Source: Tubulanus polymorphus (lineage: Eukaryota; Animalia; Nemertea). Taken from it: 64,000 bases of DNA. The stretch lies in the NCBI RefSeq assembly GCF_964204645.1, contig NC_134032.1, positions 14,000,275-14,064,274 on the forward strand, in the 5' to 3' direction. Positions 12,001-22,213 of the stretch are shown here, piece after piece. Position 1 is the stretch's first letter. Each line of letters opens with the position of its first letter. Both the position numbers and the translations under genes were made by a program. The notes below the pieces were generated by a model. The model did no database searches. It was not told where the DNA came from and saw nothing but the letters and a program-made list of their open reading frames with translations.

Positions 12001-13227
12001 GCCATCTGGTGCCGATCGTAACAAACTGACAAATTTTTTGGTGAGTAACCCTAGCGACGTATCGTAGCGCGTTTTCTCCAGCTGACACTTCCCTCCGCCT
12101 CTCGGACTCGCCGCAGACGGAGTCATCGTCATGGAAACCGACGGGCGATGTTTCTTCGCGCTCTGCGGAGTTTTAAATCCGACATCTTTATTTGGTGTCG
12201 CCATGACGATGACGCCAGCCGGTTCCAAATCCAGTTTCCGTTTCGCCTGAAAAAGAAGTAATAACATCGCAATGAGAATTGAAGTCCGATTCGATGAGCT
12301 TAGTTGAGGTAGGCTAGTTGTTTCGACTTATATACAAGACCTAAACTTTAACAACTTTTGAACAACTAGGATATCAAAACCTACTTGATTATCGACATGT
12401 GTTATTCGTATATTTTTCCGATGTAAAATGTTAGAAAGAGGTGGAATTGAAGGTTTGATGAAAACCGATTGCATCATTTTAACAGATGAGTATCAGCGCA
12501 GGTCAACTGAAAGACGACTGGATATTCGAGAATTATCAGTCATTAAAGCACCAAGCATTGCGACACTTGTATGTCATCTAGAGTTGAGCCTAAAATAGGC
12601 TGAATAGACTAAATTAACAAACACCTAAAGAATAGGCAGCTAATTAGTGAACAAACTAACAGACGTAATTCTCCTACTTGTCTAATGGGCAGTTTAATGG
12701 GGATTAACACTTGAACAATAAAGATCCCTGAGCTGCTTGGCAATTGTTAAAAACATTCAACAAAACCAGAAATTTGTTTGGTTTGTGAATCAAAGTTTGA
12801 GCACTTCAAGTTTATTCTAAAAGCAGTAAATATTTGGCAATTCATTTCAAAGTCAGAAAAAGCCAGAGAAGAAATCACCGTGCTAATTGTTTTCTACCTG
12901 AGGTTTTTGTCCGTAAGCTAATTGCTGTTTAAAGTTCTCAGTTAGGGGTGTCGTCCAATCCATAGATGCATTATTAAATATCGGCGGACTTCCAAAATCG
13001 ACTTGATCGAAAACTGTCGCCCCGACCGGTGCCGATGCGTCCCCTCCTCCAGCCGTCACTACCCGCCGGCCGCCGCTTCCGATACTCGGTTTTTTCATCA
13101 TCTCAAAGCCTTGTTTTTCAGGGGATAAAATAGCAGTCTGTGACAGCATGATTTCGCTGCCTCGCTGGTGCATAGGAGGGTGAAAAGCGTGCAGGGGTAA
13201 TCCTAGATCGGACCCTACGCGAGACAT
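8828..13227 (-). CDS. E2F3: Activator E2F transcription factor (E2F1/2/3 family), 7 coding exons, 444 aa
   Basis: Join (minus): 13227-12898, 12246-12001, 11416-11292, 11074-11019, 10427-10213, 9806-9662, 9045-8828 = 1335 nt; all introns GT-AG, phases 0,0,2,1,0,1 consistent. Cyclin A RxL motif AKRKLDL, DNA-binding domain [14 protein letters not shown]...[17 protein letters not shown], marked box AYVTYQDIR...[15 protein letters not shown]...[10 protein letters not shown], Rb-binding [17 protein letters not shown]. The symbol marks the closest vertebrate type, not one-to-one orthology. Confidence 0.95.
9300..9458. mobile_element. piggyBac-like non-autonomous element end
   Basis: AAAGATGGCAGCACCTGTCA...GGGTATTAATTAGTCAGCACTGAAAGGG followed by TTAA; second copy at about 17150-17326. 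Confidence 0.55.
9662..9806 (-). CDS. E2F3: E2F exon 6 ([20 protein letters not shown]...)
   Basis: End of marked box; acceptor CTGCAG, donor GTAAGT. Confidence 0.93.
10001..10115. mobile_element. Palindromic MITE-like element in E2F intron 5
   Basis: About 40-bp imperfect inverted arms TTTCTTGG..GACAGGTTAACGCTCAGCG / CGCTGAGCGTTAACCTGTC..CCAAGAAA. Confidence 0.55.
10213..10427 (-). CDS. E2F3: E2F exon 5 (coiled coil / marked box)
   Basis: [18 protein letters not shown]...AYVTYQDIR...LEVPDPSE; acceptor CCTCAG, donor GTAAGG. Confidence 0.95.
10511..10653. mobile_element. 143-bp solo LTR with tRNA-derived internal Pol III promoter, in E2F intron 4
   Basis: TG...CA ends with 8/9-bp inverted termini (TGTGACAGG / CCTGTTACA); 4-bp target duplication CCAG at 10507-10510 and 10654-10657; A box TGGCTCAGCGG at 10570-10580; B box GTTCGAATC at 10614-10622. 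Confidence 0.75.
11019..11074 (-). CDS. E2F3: E2F exon 4 (56 nt, [18 protein letters not shown])
   Basis: Absent from the ORF track. Acceptor TTGCAG, donor GTAAGT; its 1+54+1 nt length bridges the phase-2 end of exon 3 and the phase-1 start of exon 5. Confidence 0.85.
11292..11416 (-). CDS. E2F3: E2F exon 3 (VLDLN...[16 protein letters not shown]...NNIQW)
   Basis: Signature RRIYD motif; acceptor TTTCAG, donor GTAAGT, ends in phase 2. Confidence 0.97.
12001..12246 (-). CDS. E2F3: E2F exon 2 (AKRKLDL...RSAPDG)
   Basis: Acceptor TTTCAG, donor GTAAGT; cyclin-binding motif and start of the DNA-binding domain. Confidence 0.95.
12898..13227 (-). CDS. E2F3: E2F coding exon 1 (MSRVGSDL...GQKPQ)
   Basis: ATG at 13227, 330-nt open frame, donor GTAGAA at 12897; in phase with the AKRKLDL exon. 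The start codon is the least certain part. Confidence 0.8.
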
Positions 13228-13471
13228 CTCCGATGCCGCTCCGAGAAGGGGATTCCCCGATTGAAATGCAAATAATTCCGATCTAATGATTCCAGATCGC
13301 AGCTACTCGGACGCAATGTCCTCTGCCCGAATCGATCTCAGTCTATTCCAAATCGATGGTGCGGGTTGTCGCCGCAAATCGACGATGTTAGCAGATTTTT
13401 GTCGTCGGATTCTTGGTCGCTCAGAAGATAAGGGGGCAGCTGTGGCACCATAACAAAGGTATTACCCGCAA

Positions 13472-13485
13472 CGGCGCGAATTGAA
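13472..13485 (-). promoter_or_regulatory. Putative E2F site (with adjacent TTGAA) in the E2F promoter
   Basis: Plus strand CGGCGCGAATTGAA, i.e. minus TTCGCGCC, about 250 bp upstream of the ATG; another TTCGCG at 13541. Confidence 0.45.
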
Positions 13486-13721
13486 ATTCCCGGGTATCCC
13501 CATAATATAGGTCACGCGCACCTGTTTCACCGATTCTACCTTCGCGATCAAGTGTCTCACCGATCTTTTCATGTCAAATTATCACTAACCATAAACCTGA
13601 ACAATAATTGGGCCAGGTCTTATAAATATATTATCATTACATTTATCCAAGTCAGGGAGTTAGACAATAAACACAGGTATTGGTTTGAAATCACATATTA
13701 ACAAAAGGGTAGGCTATGCGT

Positions 13722-13793
13722 GGGGATGTAGCTCAGTGGTAGAGCGCCCGCTTTGCATGCGGGAGGCCCGGGGTTCGAAACCCCGCATCTCCA
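13722..13793 (+). tRNA. trnA-UGC: tRNA-Ala (anticodon UGC)
   Basis: 72-nt cloverleaf GGGGATGTAGCTCAGTGGTAGAGC...GGTTCGAAACCCCGCATCTCCA; anticodon stem CCCGC/GCGGG with TGC at 13754-13756; G3:U70 alanine identity pair; TTTT run about 22 nt downstream. Confidence 0.97.
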
Positions 13794-15464
13794 ACGATAC
13801 ATGTTACTATAATATTTTGACTCAAAAGATCCTCCCTACTTGCCTGTCACTTTTTAGAAAAACTAGAAACTACCATCTGTAAAATCCAGACCTCTCCATC
13901 AAAGCTTACTACAAATTTACAAATAACAATGCAATTATATCAAACAAAAAGATTTATTTATATCTCATTAATTTATACATGTACTTGTGGTGAATGTTAT
14001 ATAAATGGAAGATAGATTAAAGCACGAGCATGAAAAGAAACATGAAATTCATTGTATATCATCAGGAAAAAACAAGCATTATACAATTTTTTTAACTTAT
14101 ACCAAGTCAATCAAATCCGTCCTCGCAAGAATGATCCCGCTTTTTCTCCAGTTCGGAGAATCTTAAAATTGGTACCTTAGGCTAAACAAAATAGATACTA
14201 TGTTTCTCCAGTCTGCTGAACTGAAAAATTAATCTGGCATGTACATTACTTTTTTTTTTTAAATCGTCATCCATTTTACCATTGCAGACCCGGCCCTTAT
14301 AGAAATGAACTGATTACAAATTTTATTGGAGTTCATAGAAATTTCCCTCGGCCGCTGCCGAGAAACAAGGTATCATTTTTGTATAGCCTTATCTTTTTCG
14401 GATTTGGACTGATCGTAATAATCAACCATAGACAGGATTCAAAGAGGTCAAGAAAAAGCCCCTAAATTAAATCAAATTCAGCAGCTTTTTGAAGTGAAAT
14501 AACGAACAAGTTTCGTGAAGGTTTTATAAAATGTTGTTGTTGTCGTTGTTTCGTTGTTTAACCGAAAAGAAAAAAAATTCCCACAAAATACTGAATTAAA
14601 ACAGTATTCCTGAAGGTGACAAATGAAATGTAGTTGACACAGTCATATAGAAGATCAGCTCAAGGAAACTTATCTCATTTTGTTGAGATTTTATCTTATA
14701 TTATCGTCACAACATGGACTATGTGTTTCATCAAGGTCAATTTTCAACATTTTACTGCAGAATCTTAGAACGAATCAGACGAACCTTGACAAATACAGAA
14801 ATAATATTCCTTGCACAGCTTGATTTATGCAATTCTACCGAGCATCTTAGAATCCTCCATTGCCAGTACCCGGCCACGTCGATGTTTGGTGGTATCCAAA
14901 GTTTTTAAATCAAGAAAACCCAGAGGAAAGAATCAAATTGAACATCTTCGAATGGTGATATCAGAAATTTTCTCGTATCCTGTTGGGATAGTTTCATTTC
15001 AATTTTTGGTTGGTCTCCCAAATCTAGTTAGTAGGAATACTGCCTAAATCAAGCTCTGTCCGTACATAAAATCAATGACAAAATGAAATGAACCATTTTT
15101 TTATCCACTACCAAACCCCCCTCGGGTTTTAACCCGTGAGAAAATGGTAGCTGCCGCTCTCTACTTCCTGACACCCCCATTTATAAGTGAACACAACTGT
15201 AAGTTAAAACTACAAGTTCTTCTTTCAATGATCTACAAAATATCAACAAACTCCGAATCTTTATTGAATTTATCATTGCCATGGCATGATGACCAGAGGG
15301 CGCTGCAGTCTCAATACAGTTCTGATTTTATCATCACTATAGCAATGGACATCAGGGGATGCTGCGGCTGTGAAGTATATGATGATGATGATGATGATGA
15401 TGATGACTTTCCTCTTTAATTCGTTAAGACAAAGACGACAAATACAAACTATAGATTTGCGCTG

Positions 15465-15494
15465 TTATAATTCATCCTTCTCCTCCTCTGGTAG
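15465..15494 (-). CDS. PDIA6: PDIA6 exon 11 (LPEEEKDEL, stop)
   Basis: Acceptor TTACAG; ER retention signal KDEL immediately before TAA. Confidence 0.92.
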   Translation of the reverse strand, partial: LPEEEKDEL

Positions 15495-18400
15495 CTGTAA
15501 GAGAAAAAAAAGTAAAATTGACTTTTTAGTTACTTTTATCAAACAATCTGACAGATTTCATGGTGTAGGTACCAATCAGCAACCACTCAGCCTGAACCCT
15601 TCTACGCCCCCCTCAGATCATCAACACATTACATGTGTTCAGAACTTCACCTTTCTAATTTGAAATGAACTACAAACACCAGACATTTTCAAAAGCTAAT
15701 TGTCTTCACTTCATTGGTGTATGTATGTTCCCAGGGCCCAGTTTCACGAAAGAGTTAATCTCAAATTTTTGGTGTAATTGCCATTGGTTACTTCATGTTT
15801 TCAATGAGGACAACAATTCAAACTTAACCGTTTAGGCTTAAACTTTTTCGTGAAACTGGGCCCAGATGAAGTTGGAGGTTGCAGACTACAGATTAAGACT
15901 CGTTTTGGTCAAGAACTTGAATGAATTTCATACCTGTCCATCTTTGCCGTCCCATGGATCGGTTTTACTGATTTTAGGTAATTTATTAAGAGGTACAGTT
16001 CGCCCGCGACCGAATGAGATGCTCCTAAAAAAGAACAAAAATCAAAACCAATCTTAATTTTGTTACATACCTCTACAACATCGTAAAAATCATAAAATAT
16101 CAAGTCTGACTTTAAACTGGTGCCAAGGATGTTAGGGAAAGTTTAATGAGAAAAGATTTTGTACTAAGCTAGACTTTAATTTTTCAGTTCACCATAAAGT
16201 TTCAAACGTAAACCCTACAAAAGTTCAAAGATACGAAAAATGGAATAATTTCACTAACAACTGCGGGACTGGAGGCGGATTTTCCTTTAAAAGAATAAGA
16301 CTGAACAAAAAGAGGAGGTAAAAGAATGAAATGAAAGCTCACCGTGCAATGATAGAACTGTTTATAGAATATCATACAAAGTTATCATTATAATAAAGAG
16401 TATTGTGAGGAGAGAATCCCATAATGATAATAAAAAGTCCGAAAATGAAACTTCGAGATAGTAGTTTATTTCTTGAAATAAACTACTATCTCGAAGTTTC
16501 ATTTTCGGACTTTTTATTATCATTGTGGGATTCTCTCCTCATCGCGTCAACATGGATATAGTGTTCTACCAATCGTAAAGAGTATTGTTTTGTGAAAGTT
16601 GAAAGGTAAGACGCGGGTGGCGCCACTTTCTGTCCATTTACAAATCCCCTGATTTGATTACACAAAATTCCCTGAGTGAATCCGAGAAATTTCTTGGTTT
16701 ATAATATGTTACAATTCACTTATTTTTTTATTGTTAAACATACTGGTATAGATATGGTCAATAACATTATCCAAATTGCCTGAATTTTCCAGGTTTCTTA
16801 TTATTCGGCAAATTCTGTCAAATCACTTGAGTTTTCCCTGAATTGTTCTGATTCCCAGAGTATTCCAGGTTAGTGGCACTGCCCTAGTCGTGCAGACGGC
16901 TGTCTAACCGGGTACACATCATATACCTGATAAGGCTGAAAAATGATACCGATAGGTTATAAGAATATTTACCTGAGGAATTCGCTAATACCGCTATCAC
17001 TGAACGCTCCCATCAACAATGAATATCTCATCTTTTTTATGTTCATAACTGCCATCGCCTGAAAACATTAAATAAACAAACAAAATCAAAGAAGGGCTGG
17101 ACACTAGGAAGGACAACTTTGTGTATAGGAGTTATTAATTAGTTTTATCTCTATTGAAAGATGGCAGCACCTGTCAAACCTAGTGAAATATCAGTAGCTA
17201 ACGATACACTGCGCCGCGGTGTAGACGCACTATAGTGGTATTCTCGATGTTCAACACACTGGTGTAATTTTTCAAAATTATCTCCCACGCTTAAGGGTAT
17301 TAATTAGTCATCACTGAAAGGGGTAAATGACGATGATTGATCTAGATAATTACCGGATAACCAAAACCACCAATTCCTAAACTCTCTTCTAATTCCATCT
17401 GGGCAGCGGCTTCGACCCACAACCATCTGAAATATCGAACGAGAAACATATTATTTCTAAAAATTTAAGAATATATTAATTTTCTTCAAAATTTCTCGAA
17501 AACAGTTCATCCAAATCTAACGACAGGCCAGTTGCACAGTCAAGACTTAGATTTAAGACCAGTGTAAGACGATCTAGTTCTATAGCCAATCTATCAACCT
17601 GAGACCAGACTTAAGATTTAAGACCATATCGGACTCCATGTCACGATATTAAAACTGGGAAGGAATTGTTCTGTTATAGAAATACGATGAAACATTTTTT
17701 GAGTCACAATTTCCGAATTTGGGGGTTTTTATATGCTCAAAATTAATTGAACCTTAGAATTTGATCGTTTTGAGGGGCCATAGGAATCTGTTGTGATTTA
17801 TAACTGTTGTCAGTTATAAATCACGACGGTCTGCCCTGTCTTACACTTACCCCCACATATTTTTCTTGAATTTTGTGGCCGTCTCCGTGAATGTTTTTAA
17901 GTAGGCGTTACGACATTTCGACTGGCAGTCAAGGATATGCGGTAACACGGCAACGACACATAATTGTTTATTTTCGCATTCTGAATTCAACACATCTTCA
18001 CTGACAATCTGTAATCAGAGAATACAATTTATCATTTCTAAGGACTTCAATCATTAAATGAATCAGAATACAGTTCCGGCACTTCTTAACCCAGTCCCTT
18101 AGTTTTGAACCCAATTCCACAGTCAGAGAGCACTGTTCCACAGTTGTGAATCCATTTTCGGACCCAGTTTCACAATTCTGAATCGAGGTTCACAGTAAGT
18201 TATCTTGCTAAGGTCAAAATTGACATTAATAGCAAAGTTCAGGATTCAGGCCCACAGTTCTAGAGCCATTTCTCGCTTAAGTTTGTCAATGTCAGTAGAG
18301 TTGAGTTCATTTTCAATGTTTTTTTTTAAATCATCTCGAAAAAGGGACGATTGTCCTTATTTGTTTGATTTCATTTGTTCCATGCTCATTTAGCATGTCC

Positions 18401-21400
18401 CTTACAAACCCACCAGTCACACCTGCCGTGAACCCGACACTGTTTGATTATTGTTAGATGATTAAGTAGCGGGGATTGTGCTGATGGTCAATAAAGGAAT
18501 TTATTGATGGATGAGATATCACTCAATGATTAAATTACCATATAACGACTCAAACATCTGTTATTGAACACGTATGATATATCATTATCAAGCACAGCTG
18601 GCTCATCATTGACGGTTAGAAATCAATACAGATATCTACCTATTTAACGAGCTCTTCAAATAGCTAAAGCACTATGGTTTCTAACTTAAACCACTCTCTG
18701 GATTTGATTCGACGCAAATCACAGTTGGACTCAGTAGAATTAAAGCTAGAAATATCAGCGTTGCAGATCGAGTATCAATACTCAATCTATAGCTTGTGAA
18801 ACAAAGATCTTAAGAATGTTACGTTCTGGTGACAGAGATGGAGGACATAATTTGGGAACAAAACACACGCGCAAAATAAGAACCATTTTCAGGGATATAC
18901 TAAACTAGGTCAATTTCCAGGAGAATGTGTCTTTCAGAATTGTGATCACCCTGATTGAGTGACTGTCATCCCTGCATGTTTCCTTTGGACAGCCTTGTTG
19001 ACCACTGACCTGTTTAGGTTCGGGAGGAGGGATGCTCTCAGCTGATTTATCGAGGGCCCATCTCACGATGTCGTCTGCCGTGCGGCCACCGTCGTATTCC
19101 TCAGCATCTCCGGATTTCTTGCCTTGCGGGAATGTTTTAATAGTCGGATATCCTTGAACCTGGTCATCAGAAAATAACGCAAAACATTCAATACGCGATT
19201 CAGAGACGCAAGAAAATGGTTTTAGACCATTGATCAGCACGGTTTTTAAAACAAACTCATCTGCTGACAATGGCAGCGGCTATTATCATTACAGTCAAAT
19301 GTTATTAAAACTAGAAAGCCCAATTGCTTCTTAGTTCGACCTCAAATCACTTGAAACATCCAAAAATAGTTAAGTTCAAATCGAGTAAAATATGCACTTG
19401 ACAAAATAGAACTTAACAACTTGCTCGTACGAAGTTAACAACTTATCTTGGAGTGATGTCAGCGCAACTGATAAAACATTTACCTGGTATCTACCAGCCA
19501 TCGTTGTATGTACAGTAGCGTCTAAAGCTCCCAGTTTCACTTTTCCCTTCAGCTCGGAGGCAGCCTTCGCCCACTCGGGCTCCAAACGTTTACAGTGACC
19601 GCACCACGGCGCGTAGAACTCGACCAACCAAAAATCGTCGCTTTTCAAAACTAACTCTTCGAAATTACTGTCGGTCAAAGTAACGACGTCGTTCGAACCG
19701 CCGGATCCGGAACCGGATCGCTTGCTTCCGCCGCCGCTGCTGCTACCACCAGACATTCGATCATTCACCATTGATTTAACATGAGACATGGCGGCATCTA
19801 CGATAGCCTGAGCGTTACGACCACCTACAATATACAACCCACAACTTACAATATACAACTCACTGATTTCTAGAAATATCCATCAGTCTACAAATTACGC
19901 TATAAAATTGTTTAATTGCTTATTACTGATTCGATCTTTAGACCTTTCGAGAAAAGATCGATGACCATCTCAACGAACTATGACATAATCAAGTCAAAAA
20001 AACAATTCTTTCACTTTCAGAAAAGATTGCTACCTCCATAACTCTCCCTATGACATCATCAAATCGCATATTGGTATTTCAGATCTGCAGGCTATTCCAG
20101 AAAACATTGCCAGCGGTACAAAAATATCAAATCACTGGTTGTCAATTTTGTGATGTCATAGGGAGTTTAAAGGAGGCAGCCATTTCTTTTTAGAAGCTTC
20201 TCATCGTTGAACTCTAGATATTTACCCTGGTAATCCTTTGGACTGTTTTTATTTGCCGCGAATATTTTGATGGTCGGGAACCCGCGTACGTTATACGGGC
20301 CTCCGACTGATTGATGTACGTCCATATCTACAGCGCCGACTTTAACCACACCCTAAACAACAGTGGCAGACGATTCAATCAAAATCGATTCAATGAGATC
20401 AAATTTGTGAAATGGTTGGAAAAAAGGAATGAATTACTTACTTTAAGTGCAGTGGCAGCTTTCTTCCAGGCAGGGGCTAACGACTGACAATGTCCACACC
20501 TAAAATAAAGACATCACAAATTTTAAATTTCCGCTCCCTGCGTTAACGCCCTCATGCGCAATAGCGACACCTGGTGGATCAAGTAAATACAGCCCAATGG
20601 CTGATTAAACAGTCATGGCTTAGATTTAAGACTAATCTTGCACATACTACTTAGTTCTGTAGCCAATTTAACAGTACAACAGCGGATTTAAGGGGTGGTC
20701 TCAGGAGTCTGGATCCCTGCCTCCCATTGTCGTGGCCCATTTCATCAAGACAGAATAGTTAAACATGCTAATCTTAGGAATTTTTATTTAGGAAGGTTTT
20801 TTCAAGGAAGGTGGATCCGAGTAATGCTCTTCTTTCTTTCTGGACCCCAGCCTTCCAATTTTCCTGGATCCGCTCCCGCAGTTTGAAACCAGTCATGCCT
20901 GGCCCAACTGTTCGTTATACGTTCGTTTTACTCACCAGGGGGCGTAAAATTCAACCAACCACAATTCATCGCTTTGAATAACTTTATGATTGAAATTAGC
21001 GGCAGTTAATTCAACAACGTCATCGGACGGAGAATACAAAGCATTCGTCACCGCGGCGATACACACTAATAACAATACAACTGTAACAGAGAGATGAACA
21101 GGTGTTTAATGTGCATGGCGTGACATGGCTAGAAAAACAACATCATTTTTGAAAAAAATTCAGGTCAGGCTTCCATCTTTTGGCAGGTTCATCATTATTG
21201 TCGGAAACTGCGTCCCAATTCTCACCAACTTACATAACTATATTGAAGTCAGGCGTTACTAATTCTATTCATGCATATAGCTTTTTACATCTGGTTTATA
21301 TCTGCGGTTTCTCTTTATCTTTGCCGGCCCGCGCATGCGTACTATACTTTTTTAGGTAAAAGTGCAGATCTGCACCTCTCCGCGTAAACGGTTCAATCAA

Positions 21401-22078
21401 TTACATTAAATATCATTGTTTCAGATTCAAAATGTCATCAGCAATTCATACATTGCCATTGGTTAATTTTAATATATCTTCACTAGAAAGATTTAGCCTG
21501 GATACTGTCATTCAGTAGATTGCGTCAATCATGAGGGGTGCGGATCTGCACCTTTTTTATAATCATTACGTAAAATAAAGGACACTCTTGCTATGATATC
21601 TTAACCAAGCAGTCACCTTTCCTATTTTCGATTCTCCACCGTTACACTCACTCGTAACGACAATAATGACCCTATTTTTTTTTAGTCTCCTGGCAGGGTT
21701 GAACGTAAAGCATGGTAGTCAAACGAAAACAGGCCCTGCAGATACGAACCCTCCTCAACAAGAACGGAGGATCCGGGGGCACTCTCCCAGCAAAAAAACT
21801 AATCGCGTCATCATAATCAAGAATTATCAACTGACAACTAGTTTAAGTTTAGCAGGACCGCAATCATCAGCAGTTTGCTCATTATTATCAGGAACTCATT
21901 GAATTTGGTTCCTGCGACTGCGTGAGGAATCGAAAAGATGATTTTAATAGACGTGGGGAACCCCCACCCGAGTCGACATGCCGGCATATCCAATCTGTTT
22001 TTGACACATACAAATACTTCTACTCTGGATCACGCAATTAAACTAAAGACAATAACGTTAAAACTTACCAGACTTCAT
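15465..22078 (-). CDS. PDIA6: Protein disulfide-isomerase A6 (P5), 11 coding exons, 422 aa
   Basis: Join (minus): 22078-22069, 21080-20936, 20499-20442, 20352-20226, 19824-19484, 19159-19010, 18008-17851, 17426-17354, 17058-16973, 16024-15934, 15494-15465 = 1269 nt; GT-AG introns, phases consistent. Signal peptide [17 protein letters not shown], two [13 protein letters not shown] thioredoxin domains with a Gly/Ser linker, P5 b domain [13 protein letters not shown]...GIGGFGYP...PWDGKDG, C-terminal KDEL. Confidence 0.97.
15735..15862. mobile_element. PIF/Harbinger-type MITE in PDIA6 intron 10
   Basis: Perfect 17-bp terminal inverted repeat GGCCCAGTTTCACGAAA; 3-bp target duplication CAG. Confidence 0.75.
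15934..16024 (-). CDS. PDIA6: PDIA6 exon 10 ([11 protein letters not shown]...PWDGKDGQ)
   Basis: Conserved GRG and PWDGKDG; acceptor TTTTAG, donor GTATGA. Confidence 0.93.
16407..16575 (+). mobile_element. Truncated Penelope-like insertion (inverted repeat plus tail) in PDIA6 intron 9
   Basis: Near-perfect palindrome 16406-16541 (67-bp arms) and 13-bp direct repeat TAAAGAGTATTGT on both sides; tail AATAAA...GTGGGATT...GGATATAGTGTT resembles the hammerhead-bearing copy at 36526. Confidence 0.7.
16973..17058 (-). CDS. PDIA6: PDIA6 exon 9 ([28 protein letters not shown])
   Basis: Matches the P5 b domain; acceptor TTTCAG, donor GTAAAT. Confidence 0.93.
17150..17326. mobile_element. Second copy of the piggyBac-like element end
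   Basis: Shares AAAGATGGCAGCACCTGTCA and GGGTATTAATTAGTCA.CACTGAAAGGG with 9300-9458. Confidence 0.55.
17354..17426 (-). CDS. PDIA6: PDIA6 exon 8 ([24 protein letters not shown])
   Basis: Conserved GIGGFGYP; canonical splice sites. Confidence 0.94.
17851..18008 (-). CDS. PDIA6: PDIA6 exon 7 ([11 protein letters not shown]...[13 protein letters not shown]...NMW)
   Basis: P5 b-domain motif; acceptor TTACAG, donor GTAAGT. Confidence 0.94.
19010..19159 (-). CDS. PDIA6: PDIA6 exon 6 (VQGYPTIK...PPPEPKQ)
   Basis: GYPTIK and [11 protein letters not shown] motifs; donor GTCAGT. Confidence 0.95.
19484..19824 (-). CDS. PDIA6: PDIA6 exon 5 (linker and second WCGHC)
   Basis: [11 protein letters not shown]...GGSSSGGG...[16 protein letters not shown]...AGRYQ. 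Confidence 0.96.
20226..20352 (-). CDS. PDIA6: PDIA6 exon 4 (GVVKVGAVD...GFPTIK...DYQ)
   Basis: Thioredoxin cis-Pro loop GFPT; canonical splice sites. Confidence 0.95.
20442..20499 (-). CDS. PDIA6: PDIA6 exon 3 ([19 protein letters not shown])
   Basis: First CGHC active site; acceptor TTTTAG, donor GTAAGT. Confidence 0.95.
20936..21080 (-). CDS. PDIA6: PDIA6 exon 2 (signal peptide, [12 protein letters not shown]...EFYAPW)
   Basis: Acceptor TTACAG, donor GTGAGT. Confidence 0.95.
21358..21557. mobile_element. MITE-like element in PDIA6 intron 1
   Basis: Inverted termini AAAAGTGCAGATCTGCACC / GGTGCGGATCTGCACCTTTT. Confidence 0.45.
22069..22078 (-). CDS. PDIA6: PDIA6 coding exon 1 (ATG AAG TCT G)
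   Basis: GCCACCATG Kozak context, donor GTAAGT; phase 1 matches exon 2. Confidence 0.88.
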
Positions 22079-22176
22079 GGTGGCCGACTGACAATGAATC
22101 CTGGAAACACAACGAGCGGTTTTTACTTCAAATCTGACACTTCTCTAGCATGCAACCTCTCCTCACTCACCAACAA

Positions 22177-22186
22177 ACACGTCATC
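22177..22186 (-). promoter_or_regulatory. UPRE / XBP1-type bZIP site
   Basis: Minus strand GATGACGTGT, 8 bp from the ERSE. Confidence 0.65.
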
Positions 22187-22194
22187 AACCAGCT

Positions 22195-22213
22195 CGTGGC
22201 CGGCTGTGATTGG
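22195..22213 (-). promoter_or_regulatory. ER stress response element (ERSE, CCAAT-N9-CCACG) of PDIA6
   Basis: Minus strand reads CCAAT cacagccgg CCACG, an exact consensus match about 120 bp upstream of the ATG. Confidence 0.85.

Noticed and set aside
15378-15406. (GAT)n as the acidic tail of PDIA6
   Set aside because: It is on the wrong strand and lies beyond the stop codon; a 3' UTR microsatellite.
16250-16357. Alternative PDIA6 micro-exon (16343-16357) and alternative last exon ending RLQSRSC
   Set aside because: Splice-like motifs exist, but the product would drop conserved b-domain residues and KDEL; unsupported without transcripts.
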